Source: an uncultured Desulfobacterales bacterium
GTDB lineage: Bacteria > Desulfobacterota > DSM-4660 > Desulfatiglandales > JALVZP01
DNA length: 64,000 nucleotides
Reading direction: 5' to 3'
Assembly: GCA_964393645.1 (NCBI GenBank)
Contig: CAYMUI010000030.1
Location: forward strand, 19,195 to 83,194
The notes beneath the pieces are model-generated. The model did no database searches. It saw only the letters and a list, made by a program, of their open reading frames with translations, and was not told the DNA's origin. Shown piece after piece: positions 31,266 to 42,200 of the stretch. The position numbers and the translations under genes were made by a program. Each line of letters starts with the position of its first letter. The stretch's first letter is position 1.

Positions 31266-31745
31266 ATGGGAAAGAAAAGCCGTGATGAAGAAAACATAAA
31301 GATCGTCTGTTACAATAGAAAAGCCGCACATGATTACTTTATAGACGAGGTTTATGAAGCAGGAATGGTCCTTCTGGGGCCAGAGGTAAAGTCTTTAAGG
31401 AATGGATGGGCGAGTATATCTGATAGTTATGCAAAAATAAAAAAAGGCGAAGTCTATCTTTATAACATGTACATAAAACCCTATCCTTATGCTCATCATA
31501 TGCCCATAGATCCCACAAGACCGAGAAAGCTTTTGTTGCACAGGAGAGAAATAGACAGGCTGATAGGTAAAACAGAGGAAAGGGGATACACGCTTATACC
31601 TATAAAGGTATATTTTTCTCCGAGAGGATGGGCAAAGGTTCAACTTGCTTTGGCAAAGGGAAAGAAAAAATACGATAAAAGAAGAGAATTAAAAGAAAAA
31701 GAATTAAAAAGAGAGCTTGAGAAGATAAAAAAGAGATACGGGTAG
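31266..31745 (+). CDS. smpB: SsrA-binding protein
   Basis: 159 aa. NRKAAHDYFI, RKLLLHRREI and a basic C-terminal tail. Confidence 0.95.
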   Translation: MGKKSRDEENIKIVCYNRKAAHDYFIDEVYEAGMVLLGPEVKSLRNGWASISDSYAKIKKGEVYLYNMYIKPYPYAHHMPIDPTRPRKLLLHRREIDRLIGKTEERGYTLIPIKVYFSPRGWAKVQLALAKGKKKYDKRRELKEKELKRELEKIKKRYG

Positions 31746-31750
31746 TGAGA

Positions 31751-33610
31751 CTAAAAAAATAACATTCTTGCTTTAGATCTCTTAATCTTTATAACAGGTC
31801 CTTTTGTTCTGCTGTAAAATTCCAGATACTTTGTTACAGTGTATTTCATATCTTTTCTTTGAGATATCTCTTGTATGCCTCTTACATCATGAAAATAGTC
31901 CACCTTTTCGTATATCTTTTTTGAAATTTCGTGCAAGTGTTCAGAACGAACCCTTTTTTCGTCTACCTCAAATCCTCTTGATTTCATGACTCTTGGTCCC
32001 GTAAATATAATAAGCGCACCTGGTTCCGCAATTATGACATCTCCTAAGGCAGCGTAACTTGCTATAGCCCCTCCAGTAGAGGGATCGGCTAAGATGGATA
32101 TAAAAGGCAAGCCGTGTTTTTTCAGTTTGTTTACTGCTGCTACCACTTTTACCATTTGCATAAGTGCTGATATTCCTTCATAAAGTCTGGCTCCTCCTGA
32201 ACAGCAAACACTTACCACGGGAAGAGCCTCTTCTATTGCGTATTCTATTGCTCTTCTGAATTTTTCCCCAAAAACCACCCCCATAGAACCACCGCAATAG
32301 TAGAACGAACTTATAGCCAAAACTACTTGAAAGTGGTTTATACGGCCTGTACCGATCACAAGCGATTCCTTAAAATCTGTTCTGCCTTCTTGTCTTGCCA
32401 GAAAGTCTCTGTAGTATTCTGTTATAGAATCTTCATCCAATAGATCATCTACGCTCAGATTTCTGTCCATTTCGTGGAATGTACCCGGATCAACGAGACA
32501 ATCTATCCATCCGCTCGCATCCAGTGGATAAGAATAACCACAGTAAGGACAGACATTGTAATTGTCCACAAGTTCTTTAAGATTTATTAGCCTTCCACAT
32601 CCTTTTTTTCCTGATTCATTGCCTTTTCCATCTCCACACTTTATAAATTCCTTTTTTACCATCTTAAGGGAAACTTCCCCGTAAGAATCGCTTACTTCTG
32701 TAAGACTGGAATAGTTAATAATCTTTATGTCCAAGGGGGGCTTTTTAAAGGCTTTTTTTATCGGCTTTTCTATGTATCTCTTTAGGTCATATATGAGACC
32801 CGTTTTTTTGTATACCCCAAATCTCATGGCTCTTTCTTCTCTTCTTCTTATCAGCTTGGCTATTTTTATCTTGAACACTTCTCTTATAGATGCTGTAAGA
32901 AACTGATAAATATTGTTTGCCATCTTGTCGCAGTCAGCCACATTTTCAGGTGAAGGCACTATGTAATCTATTACACCGAGTCTCTTTAGTTCCTTAGCAG
33001 TTGGCTTTGATATGTAAAGCGCTTCTTCTATTCGTTTAGGATCACGGAATATTATAGACGCCATACTTTCTGGAGGCGCTGTAGCATACATCGCGTCTTC
33101 CATTTGACCTCTTATGTCTGTGACCTGAATAGCTAAAGCTCCGCCACTTCCTCCCTCCCCCAATATGAGAGAGATGCTTCTTAAAGGTAGCAGAAGAAAT
33201 TCTTTTATAAGATGTGCTATAAAAAATGCTTGAAATCTCTCAGCAGAATACATTGATATGTCCGCACCAAAAGTGTCTATTATGGTGAAAACGAGGGTTT
33301 CTTCTGGGTTTTCTTTTTTTGCTTCTTTTAATAAACTCAAAATATAAGAATGGTCATCTGCTGTAAGCATTCCGTAATTTAAGACTTTTAAGTCTTGACT
33401 GCTTTTGAAATCTTCTGGTTTAGGTTTTTGCTGCCCAATAACATACATCTTCTTTTCCAAGAAGGTGCACTTGCCCGCAACCAGAGACTTGGACGGGGTT
33501 TCAAAAGGTTCGTAATCAGGGAATAGTCTGTTAATTATGTCGCTTGCCCTTGGTCTCAACAGATGTCTGGTTCTTTTTTTAAAGATATCCACAAGACTTT
33601 CTTCTTTCAT
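31751..33610 (-). CDS. Acetyl-CoA carboxylase carboxyltransferase, fused alpha (N-terminal) and beta (C-terminal) subunits
   Basis: 619 aa. The N-half carries AccA-like ILGEGGSGGALAI and LGVIDYIV. The middle has a Cys cluster (KCGDG...GCG...CPYCGY). The C-half carries AccD-like GGSMGVVFGEKF, CSGGARLYEG and ADPSTGG. Confidence 0.8.
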   Translation of the reverse strand: MKEESLVDIFKKRTRHLLRPRASDIINRLFPDYEPFETPSKSLVAGKCTFLEKKMYVIGQQKPKPEDFKSSQDLKVLNYGMLTADDHSYILSLLKEAKKENPEETLVFTIIDTFGADISMYSAERFQAFFIAHLIKEFLLLPLRSISLILGEGGSGGALAIQVTDIRGQMEDAMYATAPPESMASIIFRDPKRIEEALYISKPTAKELKRLGVIDYIVPSPENVADCDKMANNIYQFLTASIREVFKIKIAKLIRRREERAMRFGVYKKTGLIYDLKRYIEKPIKKAFKKPPLDIKIINYSSLTEVSDSYGEVSLKMVKKEFIKCGDGKGNESGKKGCGRLINLKELVDNYNVCPYCGYSYPLDASGWIDCLVDPGTFHEMDRNLSVDDLLDEDSITEYYRDFLARQEGRTDFKESLVIGTGRINHFQVVLAISSFYYCGGSMGVVFGEKFRRAIEYAIEEALPVVSVCCSGGARLYEGISALMQMVKVVAAVNKLKKHGLPFISILADPSTGGAIASYAALGDVIIAEPGALIIFTGPRVMKSRGFEVDEKRVRSEHLHEISKKIYEKVDYFHDVRGIQEISQRKDMKYTVTKYLEFYSRTKGPVIKIKRSKARMLFF

Positions 33611-33663
33611 GAATTTTCTCCTGTGAAGATTTTTGGATTTTTATCAAAAAAGGCAGATTGTTA

Positions 33664-36600
33664 TCAACCCCCAATGTCTTCGAATATATGAGCTGGGGTA
33701 AGCAGGATTCTTTTAAATATGTTTAGAGTTCCATTGACAAGATTTTTGATAGGCTTTTGCACTACTTCTACATTACTCAGAGGGCCTTTTACTTCAAAGT
33801 AATAAAGCGTAATTTTTTTATCCTTTCCCGCAATTATGTAGCCCACAATAGGTAGTTTGCTTATAATCGAATCTATCGTTCCGAGAGGCTGGATCGCAAT
33901 TCCCAGATCAATCCACTTTTTGTTTAGATCTAATCTTCCTTTTCCTGCTGCATTTAGCGCTTTACTTTCAAGTATCATTTTGTCAGAGCTCACAACCCCT
34001 TCTTTTATGGAAGCCTTTATTTTTATAAAATCAAATGGAACCCCTTCTTCAAACACAGACAGCGGGTTGAATTTCCATATGTTAGCAAGACTAAAAAAGT
34101 CAAGTATCTTAAGCACAGGCTGAGCCTTGTATATCTTTCCATCTGTTATGGAAACCTTTAATTTGCCATTCATGTGAGGGATGAGCTGATTCATGTGTTC
34201 TGCTTTTGTGTGGATCATTGCTTCTGCAGTGATCTTTCCGTCTATATATTTTTTGATCTTAAGACACGAAAATATGCGTTCTAAGGGCATGTTTTTTAAA
34301 GTAAGGTGCAATCGATAATCAGTCCATCTTTTTTCGGGTATTCCGTCCACAGTAAGTTTTCCATAATCCATATTAGCCAAAAGCTTCTTTATAGAAATAT
34401 CGCCATTTCTTAAAAAGAACTCTCCAATTATTGGCTTGAAAACTATGTCTTTACAAACAGCTTTTTTTGTTTCTACATGTACATATAGATCAGAATCTTT
34501 TAAGAATTTATTTGGGCTTTTCTTTTCTTTTGTTTTATGCTTTAAAGCTCTTAGCTTATCTAAGTCAAGATAATCTAACTTCACATAAAGTTTTCCTTTT
34601 AATCCCTCCCAGCCTTTTAGATACCCTTTAACATGCAGGGGATACTTTTCTATGTTGGCTTTCAAAGAATATATACTTACCTTTTTGCCGAAGAATCCAA
34701 GTTTCATACTGCAATCTTTTATAAGGTCTTTTTGGACAAAGAGATGTTTTGCCCTAACTGTTCCGTATAAATGGGTGTTTATGGGATTTGAAAACTCATA
34801 TTCTATCTTTAGATTTGCATTTATAAGACCTTTGATTGAAGAAATCATATTTGCATATCTTATTCCCAGATCTTCTAAGTAAAGTTTTTGTGTTTTGATC
34901 TTCATTTTCATTTTTTTCTTATTGATTACAGCCCAAGCATACAAACGGGATTTTTTTGATCGAAAGTTAAAGCTTTTTATAAGAACTTTGTTTGGGCTAT
35001 ATCTCAAAGAAAACTTTATACAGAAAGGATATGGGGTTAAGGCAGCAGAATAAAAGTATAAAGGCACTCTTCTCTTAGAAGAGACCCTTCCACTGATATC
35101 CCAGAGATCTTTCTGGTTGCTGGCTTTTATCTTTATTTTAAGAGGCCCTTTTATCACTATGTTTTTTCCTAAGTATTTTCTCCAAAATCTGTCAGGTCTA
35201 ACATCTCCGGAGACATTGACTTTTATATGTTTAAGATGCTGATCAACATCAGCCATTACATAGAGTGTGGAACTTCCTAATCTGGTAGTCCCACTAAAAT
35301 GGTAGTTGCCAGTAGCGTCTATCCAGAAGCTGCCTCTTTTTATAAGAAGTGTCTGGGGTAGCTTGTTGTAAGCTATCCGGGTATTGAGAAAATGGGCAGA
35401 AGAGTTGTTAAATATTGGCATCTTCCAAGATTCTTCATACTCACATACAACTGTTGTATCCATTATTCCCGATATTTCTTTTAAACCTTTAACGGTCTTC
35501 AGTATGACTTGCGGAGTAAATTCCATGTGAAGCTGGGACATCAGGTCTTTAAGGTTGAACTTGCCTTTCAGAAACAGACAGTAGTGTCTCGAGTCATAGT
35601 AGATATCCTTTATCAGAAGAGTGGCCTTTTTTATTTTAGAAGAAGAAAGCTCTGCACTTATTTCCTTTATAAGAAGGTTTCCGTCTTTGAGTATTAATTT
35701 ACCTTTTATGTTTCTTAAAGGGGCTCCAGCACCTTTTGGCATTAAAAGAAGTTTGTCCATTAGGAGACTTCCTGAAAGCACGCTTCTATTTGCTGGGTTA
35801 TCCAGATGTTCGAGTTGCTCTACTGTGCCAGCAAGGGAAAATCTGATCTTTTTTAGTTTTCCTTTTTTTATTATCGGGAAAAGCCTGTTTTCAAGCCAGT
35901 CTGGAAGCAAGCAAGATGGAAACACTTTTTTAAACATGGCCATTTCCATCTCAGGAGAGCTTACTTTAAGAAATATTAAAGGCGATTTTTGGTTCAGACT
36001 GAGCTTAGCGTTTATATCAAGTTTGAGTCCTTCTGCAGATATGATTACTGGTCGGAAGAGAAACCTCTTTTCTTTAACATTTCCCGTAAACTGGATCTTA
36101 AGATAAGAAAATTTATATGTCTTCTTCTGACTGTCTGTTCCTATAAGCAAAAAGTTTGGTTTGTTAAGTCTTATCTTACCGCTTACTTTTATGCTCTTCT
36201 GAAAAGAACCGCTTAGGTAGAACCTGCCGGAGGCGGTTCCGTCTGAAAAGATGACGATATCTTTTTCCCTTATGCAGGAGAGAGGAAAGCCTTTTAGCTC
36301 TGTTTCGAATTTTACTTTTAGATCTCCATCTTCACTGATATATAGCCTTCCTTTTGTGTTTAAAGGGAAAGATGTTTCTTTAAAATACACCTTTGACTTA
36401 AGGTCTAACGATATAGCCTTATTTGAAAGTTTTTTAACACAGAGGTTTACACTCCTTGCACTTATAGAAAAAGGTTTAACAGATATGTCTGCATCTTTTA
36501 TGTAGGTAGACGGGATATTGGTAAACAAAAAAAGAAGCTTTTCCTTAGAGAACCCTTCCTTTTCTGCTGAAGAGAAGCTCTCTTTTTCTATTTCAATAAT

Positions 36601-36954
36601 TGGCCTGTCAAGTATGACGGTTTCAGGGATCAGTCTTCCTTTTATGAGTTTTGATATCTTGTAATTAAAAAAAAGTGTGGGGCAGGAAAAAATAAATTCA
36701 CCCTGTTTTGGCTGAATGTCTAACTGTTCTATCTTTATTCCTATTCCGTGTCGCAAGCTTATTTTTATACATTTTGCGCGTATCTCATATCCTACCTTTT
36801 CTGAGATCTTTCTTAACAGTTTTTGTTGAAAAGAAGGTCTGCTTATAAGTATACCAGCTACCACAAACAAAGAAAAAAAACAGAAAAGTAAGATACACGC
36901 TATTATTGTTAATTCCTTCTTTCTGTTCAAATTACTCTCTCGCTCTTCTTTCAA
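33664..36954 (-). CDS. AsmA/YhdP-like large envelope protein
   Basis: 1096 aa. It has a single N-terminal TM ([21 protein letters not shown]) and a long beta-rich body. The C-terminal region ([23 protein letters not shown]...[18 protein letters not shown]) resembles the AsmA-like C-terminal domain. Confidence 0.55.
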   Translation of the reverse strand: MKEERESNLNRKKELTIIACILLFCFFSLFVVAGILISRPSFQQKLLRKISEKVGYEIRAKCIKISLRHGIGIKIEQLDIQPKQGEFIFSCPTLFFNYKISKLIKGRLIPETVILDRPIIEIEKESFSSAEKEGFSKEKLLFLFTNIPSTYIKDADISVKPFSISARSVNLCVKKLSNKAISLDLKSKVYFKETSFPLNTKGRLYISEDGDLKVKFETELKGFPLSCIREKDIVIFSDGTASGRFYLSGSFQKSIKVSGKIRLNKPNFLLIGTDSQKKTYKFSYLKIQFTGNVKEKRFLFRPVIISAEGLKLDINAKLSLNQKSPLIFLKVSSPEMEMAMFKKVFPSCLLPDWLENRLFPIIKKGKLKKIRFSLAGTVEQLEHLDNPANRSVLSGSLLMDKLLLMPKGAGAPLRNIKGKLILKDGNLLIKEISAELSSSKIKKATLLIKDIYYDSRHYCLFLKGKFNLKDLMSQLHMEFTPQVILKTVKGLKEISGIMDTTVVCEYEESWKMPIFNNSSAHFLNTRIAYNKLPQTLLIKRGSFWIDATGNYHFSGTTRLGSSTLYVMADVDQHLKHIKVNVSGDVRPDRFWRKYLGKNIVIKGPLKIKIKASNQKDLWDISGRVSSKRRVPLYFYSAALTPYPFCIKFSLRYSPNKVLIKSFNFRSKKSRLYAWAVINKKKMKMKIKTQKLYLEDLGIRYANMISSIKGLINANLKIEYEFSNPINTHLYGTVRAKHLFVQKDLIKDCSMKLGFFGKKVSIYSLKANIEKYPLHVKGYLKGWEGLKGKLYVKLDYLDLDKLRALKHKTKEKKSPNKFLKDSDLYVHVETKKAVCKDIVFKPIIGEFFLRNGDISIKKLLANMDYGKLTVDGIPEKRWTDYRLHLTLKNMPLERIFSCLKIKKYIDGKITAEAMIHTKAEHMNQLIPHMNGKLKVSITDGKIYKAQPVLKILDFFSLANIWKFNPLSVFEEGVPFDFIKIKASIKEGVVSSDKMILESKALNAAGKGRLDLNKKWIDLGIAIQPLGTIDSIISKLPIVGYIIAGKDKKITLYYFEVKGPLSNVEVVQKPIKNLVNGTLNIFKRILLTPAHIFEDIGG

Positions 36955-37387
36955 AATAGTCCTTTAAGATCTTTGCATGATCAAAGGCAAGCTCTTTTGG
37001 TAAGTTATCCTTGTAAAATATTCCTGTCTCTTTGGCATCATCTCCTGCTTTTGGCATTCCCTTAGCCTGCGCCACAAATACTACAGAAATTGTGTGAAAT
37101 CTTGGGTCTCTTTTGGGATCAGAATATGCTCCAAGTTGATATTTAAGCTCTACATCAAGTCCTGTCTCTTCCTTAGCTTCTCTTACTGCTGCCTGCTCAA
37201 GACTCTCTCCGTAATCCACAAAACCTCCGGGAAGAGCCCATCCGTATGGAGGATTTTTCCTTTTTATCAGAACGATAGGAACTTTTTCTATGTCTATCAG
37301 TTCTATAATAATGTCTACCGTAGGAAAGGGGTTTTTGTATTTTTCCACTACCTTACCGCAATGCGGACATATCAGTGTCTGTTTCAT
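36932..37387 (-). CDS. NUDIX hydrolase with N-terminal zinc-ribbon-like CPHCG
   Basis: 151 aa. Nudix box [24 protein letters not shown]. It overlaps both neighbours (23 nt and 35 nt). Confidence 0.8.
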   Translation of the reverse strand: MKQTLICPHCGKVVEKYKNPFPTVDIIIELIDIEKVPIVLIKRKNPPYGWALPGGFVDYGESLEQAAVREAKEETGLDVELKYQLGAYSDPKRDPRFHTISVVFVAQAKGMPKAGDDAKETGIFYKDNLPKELAFDHAKILKDYFERRARE

Positions 37388-39254
37388 TCTTCTCCCTCTT
37401 TTTCATATAAATCTGCAACGCAATAATAGATGCTGGTGTGATTCCAGGAATTCTGGAGGCTTGTCCCAATGTTAAAGGTCTTATTTTGGACAGTTTTTCA
37501 ATTGCTTCTTTTGTCAGGCCATGCACCTTGGTATAGTCTATGTCTTCAGGAATTCTTATTTCTTCCATCTTTTTCAACTGCTCAACTTGTTTTTCTTGCC
37601 TTTTTATATACCCTTCATATTTTATTCTTATCTCCACTTCATCTGCCACCTGAGAGTCCAAATCTTTTAATTGTTTATCAAACACGCTTAGCTGTGCAAG
37701 AGATATTTCTGCTCTTTTTAAAAGCTGAGCCAGAGAAGTCACATTTTTTATAGGAGCTGTTCCCATTGCTTTAAGTTTGTCTTGGATTCCAGGTTCGGGC
37801 CTTATCTTAAACTCATTTAACCTTTTTATAAGAGATTCCACTTTTCTTCTTTTTTCACAGAATGCTTTATATGTCTCCTCATCTACAAGCCCGAGTTTGT
37901 ATCCGATATCCATAAGCCTGAAGTCTGCATTATCTTCTCTTAATAAAAGTCTATACTCTGCCCTTGAAGTAAACATTCTGTATGGCTCATCCGTGCCTTT
38001 TGTGACGAGATCATCAATAAGGACGCCAATGTAAGCCTGAGATCTGTCTAATATAAGCGGCTGTTCCCCTCTTATTTTGAGCACAGCGTTTATTCCTGCC
38101 ATAAGACCCTGTGCAGCGGCTTCTTCGTATCCTGTGGTTCCATTTATTTGGCCAGCAAAGAAGAGCCCTTCTATTAATTTGGTTTCCAGATTTGGTTTTA
38201 TCTGCACAGGATTTATGTAATCGTGTTCGATTCCATAACCTGGTCTTATAATTCTTGCCTTTTCTAATCCAGGGATAGATCTTACCATTTTAATCTGTAC
38301 ATCCACGGGAAGACTTGTAGATATGCCGTTTGGATATATTTCAACTGTATCTAACCCTTCTGGTTCCAAGAATATCTGATGTCGTGGTCTGTCCGGGAAT
38401 TTTACTATCTTATCTTCAATAGAAGGGCAGTATCTTACTCCTCTTGCTTTTATAATCCCTGTGTAAAGAGGAGATCTGTCAAGCCCCTCTCTTATTATTT
38501 CGTGGGTTTTGGGAGTGGTGTAGGTTATATAACATGGTAACTGAGGAAGTTTTATCTCCTTTGTGCTAAAAGAGAACGGTTTAGGATTTTCGTCTCCTTT
38601 CTGGACCTCAAGATTTGAGTAGTCAATAGTTTTTCCGTCAAGTCTGGGGGTTGTACCTGTTTTAAAACGATCTATCTTAAAACCTAATTCCATCAAATTC
38701 TCTGAGAGCTTGTTAGATGGAGGATCTCCCATCCTTCCCGCAGGAAAATGGGTAAGGCCTATGTGTATAACTCCTCTTAAAAATGTTCCTGTGGTCAGGA
38801 TAACTGTTTTGGAAAAAAACTTTTCATTTATGTGAGTCTCTACTCCGTATACCTTTCTGTCTTTTACAAGAAGTCTGTCCACCATTGCCTGTCTGATATG
38901 GATGTTTTCCTGTTTTTCTAAAATCCTTCTCATTCTTCTTTTGTAAAGATACATGTCATTTTGGGTTCTTGTTCCCTGTACCGCAGGGCCTTTTTTAGTA
39001 TTAAGTCTCCTAAATTGGATTGCTGTTTCATCCGCGTTTTTTGCCATTTCTCCACCTAAGGCATCTATCTCTTTTACAAGATGCCCTTTTGCAAGCCCTC
39101 CAATAGCTGGATTACAGCTCATCTGAGCTATGTTGTCTACATTAATGGTCAACAAAAGCACTTTATGACCCATCCTTGCTATTGCAAGGGCTGCTTCACA
39201 GCCTGCATGACCAGCTCCAACAACTATTGCATCGTATGTTTCTTCAGCACACAT
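37353..39254 (-). CDS. mnmG: tRNA uridine 5-carboxymethylaminomethyl modification enzyme
   Basis: 633 aa. FAD motif [25 protein letters not shown]-like [10 protein letters not shown] and [16 protein letters not shown]. Confidence 0.95.
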   Translation of the reverse strand: MCAEETYDAIVVGAGHAGCEAALAIARMGHKVLLLTINVDNIAQMSCNPAIGGLAKGHLVKEIDALGGEMAKNADETAIQFRRLNTKKGPAVQGTRTQNDMYLYKRRMRRILEKQENIHIRQAMVDRLLVKDRKVYGVETHINEKFFSKTVILTTGTFLRGVIHIGLTHFPAGRMGDPPSNKLSENLMELGFKIDRFKTGTTPRLDGKTIDYSNLEVQKGDENPKPFSFSTKEIKLPQLPCYITYTTPKTHEIIREGLDRSPLYTGIIKARGVRYCPSIEDKIVKFPDRPRHQIFLEPEGLDTVEIYPNGISTSLPVDVQIKMVRSIPGLEKARIIRPGYGIEHDYINPVQIKPNLETKLIEGLFFAGQINGTTGYEEAAAQGLMAGINAVLKIRGEQPLILDRSQAYIGVLIDDLVTKGTDEPYRMFTSRAEYRLLLREDNADFRLMDIGYKLGLVDEETYKAFCEKRRKVESLIKRLNEFKIRPEPGIQDKLKAMGTAPIKNVTSLAQLLKRAEISLAQLSVFDKQLKDLDSQVADEVEIRIKYEGYIKRQEKQVEQLKKMEEIRIPEDIDYTKVHGLTKEAIEKLSKIRPLTLGQASRIPGITPASIIALQIYMKKREKNETDTDMSALR

Positions 39255-42200
39255 TTTCTGCTAATAGCTCTCTTTCTTTTAAGTCGAATTTTTTTGCAAT
39301 CAAAAGCTCAAATTCTCTTCCAATGTATTGTCTGTTTTGTTTTAGATATAGTTTTATATCATTCCAATAGCTGTTCAGTTCTGAAAGACTCTTTAGCTCT
39401 GCTAATCTTTGGTCTATCTCTGAGATTTTTTCTCTTTTAAGCGTATCTCTTCTTAATTCATATACATCTATAATCCTGTTTTTTATCTCTTCTGGAATTT
39501 GCTCTGACTCACTTCTCTTTATTATGTCTTTAAGAGCCAGATAAAGCTGATGAAAGTCTTTTGCCTGATCCATCTTTTCTTTTGCTTTTGTCACTATCTC
39601 TTCAAATAGTTCCTTTGCTCTTTTTTCAAAAGCCTCCTTTAACATGATCTTGTAGTCATCTGAGTAGAAGGGATAAGAATTGAGCTCATTTAAGAGTTTT
39701 TCGTAGTAATTTCTAAGCCTTTCCATTTCTTTTATTTCTTTTATAAGAGCTATTTTTTCCTGAATGTTCAACTCTTCTTTAAACCTTACTGTCAGAACAT
39801 TTGGAAATTCTTCTTTTACGAAGAATATTCCTTCTTTTTCTGAAAACAGAGAATAAGGATCTTCCCTATAACCCCATATTTTTTCTATAGAAAGCCCGTT
39901 TAAATAATTATTTATTGCTTCATATCTTTTGTCTATTATTTGACACATATCCAAAAAGTTGATGGATACAGGAGAACGGCTCAAATCAAAGGTTTCTGCT
40001 GATATAAGACAAAGCAGAAGCAATTTTATCTGATTCTCGTATCCCATGTAATTCGTGACATTTTCATATCCAAAGAGGCGGACTTTGTCATCTACCAGCC
40101 AGTTTAAGATATAGTGTCTGATATACTCGGGAAGCGATTGAAATGTTCTGTATATCCTGTAGGCCTCAAACATCTCCTTTTCAAATGTCGAATATCCTAT
40201 GCTCAGGAATCCTTTTTGTCTGTAAATGAGATTTATAGGTTTATCCATTAAAAGCTTTGCCAGTTCTGGGAATTCCACATACCTTATACCTCTTAGTCTA
40301 AGTATCCTTTCCAAGGCATAGATCATTCTGCCCATGCTTATAAGATTTCCGTGTGTATTTTCACTGATTTTATCTTCGTCATTTGCCAGACCTTTCTCTA
40401 AGTACTCTTTTACCTGAAGGTAAAGAGCCCCTCTTTTTGAGAAGAGTTTGTTCATATATCCCATCAAGGTCATATCCTGAGCTATTATTCTGTCACATAT
40501 CTGTTTTATCTTAAAGAGCCTTCCTGCCAGATCTTCTAACAGAAGGTCTTCTCTGATAGCCGATAACATAATGAATGAAAAAATAAAGAACGCATCAAAA
40601 AGCTGTTGATCTCTTCTGTCAAGTATTTCCTTTATAGCAAAGAATGAAAACTCTCCCCTTATCATATGATGAAGCATACTGTGATATTTTACCAAAAATA
40701 CAAGATATTCCTCCTCTTCTGCTTCTATTAAGTAGAGTTTCTTCATATTTTCTTGTCTTATAAACACAGCTCCTGCATCTCCAAGGTCTGCGGGATTGAA
40801 TCTTCCTTTATACTTCTCTCTTAAGTAAGGCACTCTTCCTATTTCTTGGAAGAAGAAGGCCTTAATAAGCGCATTGAAAAGCACTGGTTTTTTGTTTCTC
40901 AGGGATTCCAGCATGTTTATCAAACTGCTTAATTGAGCATCACTTACTCCCACAGTTCCTGTAGCCATAAGTCCGAATTCCTTTTTAGCAAGCTTGTGCA
41001 AGAATTCTTTATCTTGAAACTCTTCTTTTTCATGTCTTATCAGGGCATAAAGCTTTTTTGTAGTGTTGAGGATATATTTAAGAGGAGAAAGCCTCATGTA
41101 TATATGCCAAGAGAGATTCATCTGTTGTAAGGTTTTAAAAAACGGAAACAGAAAGTTTAGCACAGATGGGGCATAGTTATATAATGCCTCTAAGTTTGTA
41201 TAAAAAGAATCCGGTTGAAACATGTTTTTTAAAAATACCTTTCTGAGCTCTTCCCTTATTTTCTCCACTTCTTTTACCCAATTTTTGTGTCTTAAAGGCA
41301 GAAGCCTTTCTTCCATAAAATGGAGAATACCTTTATGAGCTTGATAAAATAGTTCCACTTCCGAGAATCTTTTTTCCAGTTCTCTAAGTCCTTCGTTAGA
41401 GATGCGATGTATCTTTGGAGATTTTGAAAATGAGCTGTAAAATGCGTTCAGTACCTTTATGTTGTTATCCAGATCCATGTATCCGACAGCCAGAATCTTC
41501 TTTTCTGTTTCAAGTTTTAGATATAATCCCGTACCCACGATGATAGTAAATCTGTTTTTGTTTAATTGTTCTGACAGATTCCTAATGCCTTTTGAATCTA
41601 AGTGGTTCAGATTTATATGAGAAGTTTCTAAGTCGATCTTTTTGACAAATTCATCTGTTTGCTCTTGAGCAATCTCTTCTAATAATGGATTGAAATTTAT
41701 TATGTCCGCTGGCGAAGAGTTTATGGTAATCCACAAAAGCAAAAATACATTCTTACTGCTCATCTTTCTAAACACACGGGCTGTTCCGTGCAGGTCTGAA
41801 CGAAGGATCTTCCTGTAAAAGGTAGTAATTTGTAAAGGATCAGATTTAAGATATATGTCTTCAAATTGATTCATTATGTCTATTAAGGTTCTCATGTTAT
41901 AGATGTCTTTAAGATTTTCTGGATCATAATCTGCTAAGGCTTCGAGCTCTTTTTCACCCTTCTCTTTTATTTCTTGCCAGTTGTTCAGGAACCTATGATA
42001 GCCCATCATCATGAGTACCCTTTTAATGACCTTTCTTCTAAGGCCCTCTATAGAGTCTGCTCCCTCGTATACAACGGCCTGCCAGTCTACATCTTTGCTT
42101 ATAACCGCTCTTACCATGAGATCATATATTCTAAAAAGCTCTCTCACCTCTTCTGTTTCAACCGTCCTTCCAGTAGATGCTTCCATCTCTGCAAAACTCA

